DNA of 64,000 nucleotides from a virus: UHGV virus genome UHGV-0286546; one strand, 5' to 3'. Shown piece by piece: positions 56,412 to 64,000 of this stretch (position 1 is its first letter; each line of letters starts with the position of its first letter). The notes under the pieces were generated by a model. It saw only the letters and a program-made list of their open reading frames with translations, ran no database searches and was not told where the DNA came from. The position numbers and the translations under genes were made by a program.

Positions 56412-59183
56412 ATGGCAACTATTCAAAATAAAGTAATACATCGTTTTATTAGATCAATCGATGAATATGAAGAAGGCGGGCTTTATTATAATAGAGTAAT
56501 ACCGTTAGACACACAAGCATATGCATACTATCCTGTTGAAAATCCAGATAGTACTTCTTTTGCTAACGTGAGTGATTCCACATCAATTTATAAAACAGGA
56601 CTATATTATGTTTTAGGTGATGGTGATCATACTTATACTGAAATTAGAGACGGTAAAGGTAATGTTCCAAGTGCAAAAGAATATCCTGTTTTTACACAAA
56701 ATCTTTTTGATGATAAAATTGATACCTTAATAGCCGGTTCAAATGTTGTCATTTCTGGTGAAGGTTCATTTCGTAAAATTTCTGTTCCAGGTGTTGCAGT
56801 TCCAGATAGATTTACAAGCGATCAGGAATTACCAGAAGGATTATTTATAGGTGATGAATTACAGAATTTAGACGGTACAAGAGCTTTTGCGATTAAACCT
56901 CCTGCATCACTTAAAGAAAATGATATTATATATTTTGCTAATCAATTCCAACTTTTAGTAACATACGTAGATCCTTCTGAAACTTTATATGACGCTGTTG
57001 TTATTTTTGCACCAAATAAAGAAGACGTGTTATCTTTTGAAAATATTAAAGGTAATCCAGAAGACAATACAGCATTAGCCTTAGCATTAGATGACAAGTT
57101 AGAAAAGAAAAATTTACCAAATACAATCTACGGTATTGATAAAAGTGGTAATCAAACTTTATTCCATTTCTTAGATGTAGGTATTCCAGACGCGCCAAAA
57201 GACAGTAATAGATATGTACGTAAAGATGGTGCATGGGTAAAATTAAATCCTGCAGAAGTTATTAATGACAATACAATATCTAAAACAACAACTTATTCTT
57301 CAAGTAGATTAGAAAGTAAATTTAAAGAAATTATTAATTCAATTCAAGATATTAATGTTTTGAATGTTGAAGTTGTTAATGAATTACCAGAAGAAGGTGT
57401 TGCTAAAACATTATTCTTAGTTTCCAATAATAAATCCGAAGAAAAGAATACTTATGACGAGTATATGTGGATTAACGGAAAATGGGAATTAATTGGTAAT
57501 AGAGACATTGATTTAACTGAATATGCAAAAGAATCTAAAGTTGAAGAAATAAGAACTGAGTTATCACAAGATATAGAAAAAAATTCTCAGTCGATTGCAT
57601 TAAAACAAGATATTCTCACTGCCGGTAAAAATATTGTAATTGAGAATAACGTAATTTCTTCACTGTGTGAGATTACTAGCATCAATAAAAAATTACCAGA
57701 TGAAAATGGCAATGTAGAAATTACAAAAGAAGATGTAGGTTTAGGAGCTGTCGATAATACTTCTGACTTAGATAAACCAATTTCTAAAGCTACTCTGTAT
57801 GTATTAGATGAATTACAAAATGCTGTCGATAAGAAACAGGATATTTTAGTTGCTGGTAAGAATATTTCAATCGAAGGCAACGTAATTTCATCTATCGATC
57901 CTATTACTTCTTATGAAACATTAACAGAAAAACCTAGTATTAACGGTATCGAATTATTAGGTAATAAAACCTTCGAAGAATTAGGTATTCAAACTTCAGG
58001 TGACTTTGCTACAAATGATAGAGTAAATACAGTAGAAAATACTCTTAGAGAAGAAATTGAAAAGAAAGCAGATAAAGTTAATACCGAAGCAGCATTAAGT
58101 AAAGTACAATCAGATATTAGTACATTAAACGAAAATAAGGCCGATAAGGCTACAACCTTGTTCGGGTACGGTATTAATGATGCTTATACTAAATTATGGA
58201 TAGATACCAATTTTGTAAATAGTACACGTTATAATTATGATTTAAATACAATTAATACTGCATTAAATGATTTAGATACAGCAAAAGCAACAAAAGAGGA
58301 AGTTGTTACAGGTTTAAGTAAAAAACAAAATATCTTAACGGCTGGAAATCATATTAAAATTGATAACAGTTTAATTAGTGCATATTACTTATATAAAGAT
58401 TTAACCGATAAACCTACTATCAATAATGTTGAGTTAGCTGGAAACAAAACTTTAGAAGAGTTGGGAATTCAGCCTAAAGGAAACTATGTAACATCAAATG
58501 ACTTAAAATTAGTAGATTTAAAAGTTGATACTAAACAAGACATTTTAACTGCAGGTGAAGGCATTATATTAAAAGATAATGTAATTTCCGTAGTTAACAA
58601 TATTGATTCTTATAATGATCTTGTAGATAAACCTCAAGTAAACGGAATTGAATTAAAAGGTAATATTTCATTAAATACCTTAAATATCCAAGAAAAAGGA
58701 GATTTTGCTACAGTAGATCAATTATTAGAAGAAACTAACAGAGCAATAAAAGCAGAGGGGTTATTAAATTCATTACTTTCAAATGTATATAGTAATGTTA
58801 GTAATTTGAATAGAAATGTTACCGGAATCAAAAAAGAAATTAAAGAAAAACAAGATACTCTAATTGCTGGATATGGTATTAGACTCGATGGAAATGTAAT
58901 TTCTGTTGATCTCGGTGATAAACCAGAAGATTCTGGATCTCCTGAGGAATCCGGATTTCCTGAAGAATCTGGTACAGAATCTAGTGGCGAAACAGGATGG
59001 GAATCTGGTTATTATCCAATTCTTCCTTCAGAAGATTACGTTACTAGAGAAGAATATGAAGCCAAATGTAATGAATATGAAAATAAAATTTCGGCCCTTA
59101 CAAGTCGTTTGGATAGAATTATTGATATTGTTACAAATCAAGGCTTTCTAATTGTTGGTGTTGACGATGCTGTTGATTTCTAG
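56412..59183 (+). CDS. Second long tail fiber / receptor-binding protein (923 aa), paralogous N-terminal domain
   Basis: The first approximately 90 aa match the previous gene (HRFIR.I.EYE.GG.YYN.VIP.DTQAYA ... TGLYYVLGD..HTYTEIRDG). It has about five 65-70-aa internal repeats and an acidic Ser/Gly/Glu segment near the C-terminus. Confidence 0.7.
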   Translation: MATIQNKVIHRFIRSIDEYEEGGLYYNRVIPLDTQAYAYYPVENPDSTSFANVSDSTSIYKTGLYYVLGDGDHTYTEIRDGKGNVPSAKEYPVFTQNLFDDKIDTLIAGSNVVISGEGSFRKISVPGVAVPDRFTSDQELPEGLFIGDELQNLDGTRAFAIKPPASLKENDIIYFANQFQLLVTYVDPSETLYDAVVIFAPNKEDVLSFENIKGNPEDNTALALALDDKLEKKNLPNTIYGIDKSGNQTLFHFLDVGIPDAPKDSNRYVRKDGAWVKLNPAEVINDNTISKTTTYSSSRLESKFKEIINSIQDINVLNVEVVNELPEEGVAKTLFLVSNNKSEEKNTYDEYMWINGKWELIGNRDIDLTEYAKESKVEEIRTELSQDIEKNSQSIALKQDILTAGKNIVIENNVISSLCEITSINKKLPDENGNVEITKEDVGLGAVDNTSDLDKPISKATLYVLDELQNAVDKKQDILVAGKNISIEGNVISSIDPITSYETLTEKPSINGIELLGNKTFEELGIQTSGDFATNDRVNTVENTLREEIEKKADKVNTEAALSKVQSDISTLNENKADKATTLFGYGINDAYTKLWIDTNFVNSTRYNYDLNTINTALNDLDTAKATKEEVVTGLSKKQNILTAGNHIKIDNSLISAYYLYKDLTDKPTINNVELAGNKTLEELGIQPKGNYVTSNDLKLVDLKVDTKQDILTAGEGIILKDNVISVVNNIDSYNDLVDKPQVNGIELKGNISLNTLNIQEKGDFATVDQLLEETNRAIKAEGLLNSLLSNVYSNVSNLNRNVTGIKKEIKEKQDTLIAGYGIRLDGNVISVDLGDKPEDSGSPEESGFPEESGTESSGETGWESGYYPILPSEDYVTREEYEAKCNEYENKISALTSRLDRIIDIVTNQGFLIVGVDDAVDF
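57590..58930 (+). repeat. About five tandem 65-70-aa coding repeats (KQDILTAG.NI.I..NVIS...I.SY..L.DKP.ING.EL.GNKTLEELGIQ)
   Basis: Repeat starts at about 57601, 57831, 58318, 58531 and 58849. Confidence 0.55.
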
Positions 59184-59196
59184 GAGATTTATATAA

Positions 59197-60369
59197 ATGG
59201 CAGATAAAAATATTCAAATTAAAGATCTCAAAGGTAATCTTCTGTTTCCTAAAACAAAAGGTTCATTGGTCTTTAATGATAAAAACGAAGCGTTAGGTAC
59301 TGTTGAAGCTGGCGCTCAAGTTAACAAAATTGAAAAAATTAAATTAAACGGTGTTGAACTTTCAGTCGTAAGCAAAGAAGTTAACATTGATATTCGAAGT
59401 GCAGAATATACAATTGTTAAGTCTAAAGCTCCAGAAACAGGATATTCCGCTACTTATCAGTTAATGAAAGATAACGTAGCTGTTGGTGAAAAGATCAATA
59501 TTCCTAAGGATATGGTTGTTCAATCTGGTTCTGTTAAAGAAGTTACTGAACCTGATCAACCAGTAGCTGGATATAGCGTAGGCGACAAATATATTGATTT
59601 GGTACTTGCAAATGCCGAATTAAGTCACATTTATATCTTGGTTAATGATCTTGTTGATATTTATACTGCAGGTGCTGGTATCACTATTACAAATCGCGCA
59701 ATTAATGTTGATACTGAAGCATTAAAAGCAACTTTTGCAACAGGTGAACAATTAACACAAGCTGTAGAAAATCTTAATCAAGCGATTGAAAATAAGGATT
59801 CTCTTCCTGCACAAGCTTCTCATGCAGGTAAATTTTTAACAACCGATGGTACAAATGCCTCTTGGGCAAATGTTACATCTCTTCAAAATGCAAATGGTAA
59901 TAATTCACAGATTAGATTGTGGGTTGGTTCAAAAGCTGAATATGACGCTTTGACTGTAAAAGAAGAAGATGTATTATATTATGTTCAAAAAGAAGGTGAA
60001 GCTGTTGACATTTACGAACTGTTAGGCCAAAAACAGGATAAATTAACAGCTGGAACTGGTATTACAATTGCTGATAATGTAATCTCTGCTGATGTAAATG
60101 CAATTTCTGCCGGTTTAGAAGGAACGTATGCTAAAATTGGTGATGCGTATACTAAAGCAGAAGCAGATAATAAATTTGCTGAAAAAGCTACAACATTAGC
60201 TGGTTATGGTATCCAAGATGCCTATACTAAAACAGAGGTTGATAGCAAAGTTGATGTTAAAGCTGACAAGGCTACTACATTGGCTGGATACGGTATCACT
60301 GACGCTTATACCAAGGGCGAAGTTGATACATTGTTAAGTAATTTGATTACTTACGAAGAATTAGTATAA
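59197..60369 (+). CDS. Tail fiber/fibre-associated protein (390 aa)
   Basis: Repeated ATTLAGYGI.DAYTK.EVD motif, also present in both large fibers. Confidence 0.55.
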   Translation: MADKNIQIKDLKGNLLFPKTKGSLVFNDKNEALGTVEAGAQVNKIEKIKLNGVELSVVSKEVNIDIRSAEYTIVKSKAPETGYSATYQLMKDNVAVGEKINIPKDMVVQSGSVKEVTEPDQPVAGYSVGDKYIDLVLANAELSHIYILVNDLVDIYTAGAGITITNRAINVDTEALKATFATGEQLTQAVENLNQAIENKDSLPAQASHAGKFLTTDGTNASWANVTSLQNANGNNSQIRLWVGSKAEYDALTVKEEDVLYYVQKEGEAVDIYELLGQKQDKLTAGTGITIADNVISADVNAISAGLEGTYAKIGDAYTKAEADNKFAEKATTLAGYGIQDAYTKTEVDSKVDVKADKATTLAGYGITDAYTKGEVDTLLSNLITYEELV

Positions 60370-60461
60370 AAATTTAGTATTTTAAGGGTGTACTTAGCAA
60401 TGGACTTTGTACACCCTTGCAAAGTAGAATTAACATCAATAAAAACTATCTAATTATTAAG

Positions 60462-61325
60462 ATGCAGACAGTAACAGCAAAAACCGTAATATTAAAAGAC
60501 ATCTCTGGTAATTACCTGTTGCCATACGTTGAACCAACTCCTTTGGTTACAACGACTTCCGACGGCTTAATGTCTAAAGAAGATAAAATAAAGTTAGACA
60601 ACATGAGTGAAGGAGGAGGTGGAAGCGGAACAGGCGGAACTAATATTAACGATAGTACTACTTCTACTACTTCTACCTGGTCTTCGACTAAAATAAATAC
60701 AGAATTAGATAAAAAGTTAGATTCTTCAAATATAATTGCTGGTAATAATGTAATAATCAGTAGAGATGGAAAAAATCTAACTATTTCTGCAATAGGCGGA
60801 GGAAGTAGTAGCGGAGAAGGTTTCGCAGATCCTACTATTTTACAAAATTATTATACTAAAGTCGAAACAGATAATAAATATGCTCTGAAAGCTTCTGAAC
60901 ATACTCATGCTAACAAAGAATTATTAGATAATTTTACAGTAGACGCTGGTGGTATTCTTAGATATAATGGTAATATAATTCCAGTAAATCCTTCAGAATT
61001 AACTAGTATTATTGAAGGCGAATATTCAACTGAAACTGAAATCTTTAATATTTTAAAACTATGTACAGATAATCATTACAAGGCATTAATAAATAATTAT
61101 GTTCTTATTAATAATATAGCTGAAGTAACAACAAATTTAGTGGAAGACGAAAAAGATCCTAATGTTCTATCTGTATCGGTATATAGTGGTAATATAAGAT
61201 TAGATACTATTGAAATTAATCCTCAGTGTGTACAAGGTTATCAATTACCAGCTATAACAAATCTTAAAATAAAAGCAAAAGGTAAGGTACATTCAGAATT
61301 AACACTTGTTGGATATAATTATTAA
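60462..61325 (+). CDS. Fiber-tip-like protein (288 aa from the ATG; the track uses a TTG at 60417)
   Basis: The N-terminus MQTVTAKTVILKDISGN is similar to the N-terminus of 59197 (IQIKDLKGN). It has Gly/Ser/Thr-rich linkers. Confidence 0.5.
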   Translation: MQTVTAKTVILKDISGNYLLPYVEPTPLVTTTSDGLMSKEDKIKLDNMSEGGGGSGTGGTNINDSTTSTTSTWSSTKINTELDKKLDSSNIIAGNNVIISRDGKNLTISAIGGGSSSGEGFADPTILQNYYTKVETDNKYALKASEHTHANKELLDNFTVDAGGILRYNGNIIPVNPSELTSIIEGEYSTETEIFNILKLCTDNHYKALINNYVLINNIAEVTTNLVEDEKDPNVLSVSVYSGNIRLDTIEINPQCVQGYQLPAITNLKIKAKGKVHSELTLVGYNY

Positions 61326-61344
61326 ATAAGGTAATATAAATAAA

Positions 61345-62844
61345 ATGGCCCTAACAAATGTAACTTTTAATTATAATGTAGCAAAAATAATAGATACTCC
61401 GTGGAATACTATTATTAACGGCTTAAATTATACTAAAACAAATCTTGCTCCATTAGCACTTAAATATACCCTATGTAATAATTATGATTCTGGTATGCTC
61501 TTAAAAGAAGTTGCAGGTAATAGTATTAAACAGTATGTCCCAATAGAAGATTTTTCTTGGTCAAATGCTGTAATAGATTACGATGATGTAAATAAATACT
61601 GGATACTAAATACAAATCATAAATCAACAGATACTTCAGGTCCTTGTATCTATTTAGCTCAGAAATATACAGATGAAAATGGCTTCGATTATTCAATTAT
61701 AACAGATTCTTTACCAGGTACTACAAAATATAGAAACTGTGGACAGATATGGTATCAAGATAGTACATATATCTTTATCTACTTAAATCAAACATACTAT
61801 TCTTCTGGACAAGGTGCATACTTATACAGATGCTATAAAAATAAAGACACTGGAAGATTAGAAATAAAAAATACGTATACTTGTACAAATGGTATAATAT
61901 CTTTATTAGAAATAAATAACGGTAAAATCATTTTCTTAATGCAATATGGTACTTCTTCTACAAGTCATGAAATTTATACAGTAGAAATCAGTTCTGGTAT
62001 TGCAAAGAATATTCACACTCATAATACAAGTGGACAAGGCGTTCTTACTTCATATCCAACAAATATCATAGATAACTGTTTTTATCTTAAAGATTGTCCA
62101 AATAACCTCTGGTACAAATATGAATTAGATACTATTAGATCTTCTGCATCACATGTTACAATTCCTTGTGATATAGATGACGCTAACTTTTCTTCTACTT
62201 CTACCAATTATGCGGGTCAAATAAAAAGATTTACTCATGTATACGTTGAAGGAGATAAGCAATATCTTATGATTTTATCTCTTAGCTCGTATAACTATAA
62301 TACAACTTTATCTGATTCTTTACTTCAAGTATATGAAATTACAGATACAGGATTAAAAAGAAAACAAAGTATTGTCGTAAATGGACTTTCTTTAATTCCT
62401 AAAAATGATTGGAATACTTTATTTATTGGAACATTGACTGGAATTAAAGTGTTTAGTTGGAATCCTTTAGAATGTAATTTTATAGAAAAACCTTCAATTT
62501 ATACAACCTGTCAGCAATTTGGATTCGATAATGATGAAAGATTGTGGATAATGGATGCAGATGAAAACGTTTTTAGATATACATATAACCAACCTGTGAC
62601 TGTAGACTATAAATTCGAAAAAGTTAAATACGAATTGGGAACAGATTTTATAGAAAGTTATGTCGATGTTAGCGTATTAAATTATATGGGTAATGTTTTA
62701 TCTTCAAAATTAACAATAAAAGCAGTAGGTAATTTTACTTTTGAAAATAACAAAAAAGAACTTACTGTACAATTAACTTCAAATGAATACCTTAGATTAC
62801 CAATTATTATCAAAGGTACTGGTAAATATGAAATTAGACTTTAA
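61345..62844 (+). CDS. Hypothetical tail/adhesin-module protein (499 aa), Tyr/Asn/Thr-rich
   Basis: ORF in the fiber operon with beta-rich composition. Confidence 0.5.
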   Translation: MALTNVTFNYNVAKIIDTPWNTIINGLNYTKTNLAPLALKYTLCNNYDSGMLLKEVAGNSIKQYVPIEDFSWSNAVIDYDDVNKYWILNTNHKSTDTSGPCIYLAQKYTDENGFDYSIITDSLPGTTKYRNCGQIWYQDSTYIFIYLNQTYYSSGQGAYLYRCYKNKDTGRLEIKNTYTCTNGIISLLEINNGKIIFLMQYGTSSTSHEIYTVEISSGIAKNIHTHNTSGQGVLTSYPTNIIDNCFYLKDCPNNLWYKYELDTIRSSASHVTIPCDIDDANFSSTSTNYAGQIKRFTHVYVEGDKQYLMILSLSSYNYNTTLSDSLLQVYEITDTGLKRKQSIVVNGLSLIPKNDWNTLFIGTLTGIKVFSWNPLECNFIEKPSIYTTCQQFGFDNDERLWIMDADENVFRYTYNQPVTVDYKFEKVKYELGTDFIESYVDVSVLNYMGNVLSSKLTIKAVGNFTFENNKKELTVQLTSNEYLRLPIIIKGTGKYEIRL

Positions 62845-62859
62845 AGGAATAAAATAACG

Positions 62860-64000
62860 ATGCAAATAGTAAAAAGTACAGATAAAGTATTTAGTAGTAA
62901 TTGTCCTTGCATTGACGCAGGATCTCATATTGTAATTAATTCAGTACCTTACAATAAAGAAACAAATTCACCTGTACCTTTTTGTACTGTATCTGCTCCT
63001 TGCGATTCTAGATGGGCATTTGGTAAAAGTGGTATGAACCTATATCCATTTATCAATGCAGCATCTTATACACAATATAATATTACAGATTATAAAATTA
63101 AAAACGTAATAATAGATAACAAAGATCCAAATACAGTCTATGCTTTTACAAATAAAGATGATAACGGCATAGTACTTGACAATAAAGCAGACTCTGAATA
63201 TAATTCTAAAAATCAAAAATTTTATGCAGGTGGAATACTTAAAATAGACAAAACTAAAGAAAATAATATTATAACGACTAGTAACTATCCATCACGCTCA
63301 AAGGTATATAGTGATGCTTCTAGTACACATAAAAATTTATATTTAACGCAAAGCGAAAATCATTTATTTGCATTGACGGCACATACTTATACATCAGCTA
63401 ATAGTAGTTATCAATATCATAATCATTTTATTTGTATGGAAATATATACTAAAGACTTAAATTATATAGGTAATAGATATTTAAATTTATATAACTTAAC
63501 TACCGAATCTTATGATAATGGAACCTCGTGGGACGCCAGTACCGGATATTACAATGCACATTATGTATGTAAAGTATTATTTGAAAACAAAGACGGATTA
63601 TTGATTTATGTTGATGGTATATTTCAAACGAATAATAATGATAATAAATTATATACTAACAGTAGATATATTTGGTTTTCATTCAAAACTATGTTATTTG
63701 AGAATATTGAAACAATTAGAGAAGAAAATGGATTCTTACCGAATACCTTACCAGTTTTAAAAAGTTCAACGGCACATTCAATTACTAGTAACTATAGCGT
63801 AATGTTAGAACTAATAAAAGCTATTCCGTCAGCATATAAAGAGACTGATACCTATTTATATGGGTATTATTATGCAAAAGGAAGTACTAGTACTGGTTCG
63901 GATGTTTATTATGAAACGAATTTTGACAATTGGAAATTATTCTTAATCGAGCATAATAAAGATAATTTATTAGTAGCAAATTTTAAAACAATAGGATTAG
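62860..64000 (+). CDS. Hypothetical protein, N-terminal part only; it runs off the window end
   Basis: Open frame from the ATG at 62860 through position 64000 with no stop, read by hand. It starts MQIVKSTDKVFSSNCPCIDAGSH. Confidence 0.4.
   Translation, partial: MQIVKSTDKVFSSNCPCIDAGSHIVINSVPYNKETNSPVPFCTVSAPCDSRWAFGKSGMNLYPFINAASYTQYNITDYKIKNVIIDNKDPNTVYAFTNKDDNGIVLDNKADSEYNSKNQKFYAGGILKIDKTKENNIITTSNYPSRSKVYSDASSTHKNLYLTQSENHLFALTAHTYTSANSSYQYHNHFICMEIYTKDLNYIGNRYLNLYNLTTESYDNGTSWDASTGYYNAHYVCKVLFENKDGLLIYVDGIFQTNNNDNKLYTNSRYIWFSFKTMLFENIETIREENGFLPNTLPVLKSSTAHSITSNYSVMLELIKAIPSAYKETDTYLYGYYYAKGSTSTGSDVYYETNFDNWKLFLIEHNKDNLLVANFKTIGL

Noticed and set aside
60384-60419. Hairpin AAGGGTGTAC, loop, GTACACCCTT as a terminator
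   Set aside because: No U-tract follows. It overlaps the leader of the next fiber-module gene, so at most it is a leader structure. It is not annotated.
61330-61337. Perfect T4 late-promoter consensus TATAAATA
   Set aside because: It ends only 7 nt before the ATG of 61345, leaving no room for a transcript start plus RBS. Such words are expected by chance in AT-rich DNA.

Overview
The window is a densely coded, strongly AT-rich segment of a large virulent tailed phage. Its replication and structure core looks T4-like: an SbcC/Rad50-like (gp46) and SbcD/Mre11-like (gp47) pair, a gp32-like zinc-binding ssDNA-binding protein, dihydrofolate reductase, a free-standing HNH endonuclease and long tail-fiber genes carrying T4-type fiber repeats. 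A structural/late operon of unassigned proteins runs leftward from about 11.5 kb. It is followed by a chaperone and processing module: a full-length GroEL, a GroES-like co-chaperonin, a glutaredoxin, a metallophosphoesterase and a ClpP-family protease. The outstanding feature lies between about 19.8 and 44.4 kb. Fifteen radical-SAM (CxxxCxxC) paralogs sit in four tightly overlapping operons. Most have Cys-rich SPASM/twitch-like C-termini, and one is a MiaB/RimO-type methylthiotransferase. Interleaved with them are candidate substrate proteins: two paralogs ending in 29- and 24-residue poly-serine tracts plus 'FIAYMDI', and a 230-aa protein whose last 40 residues hold six cysteines. No rRNA, tRNA or CRISPR array was found. 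Four rho-independent terminators and several recurrent upstream motifs are reported. Most functional calls rest on motifs read by eye and need HMM or BLAST confirmation. Hand-derived coordinates may be off by 1-2 nt.
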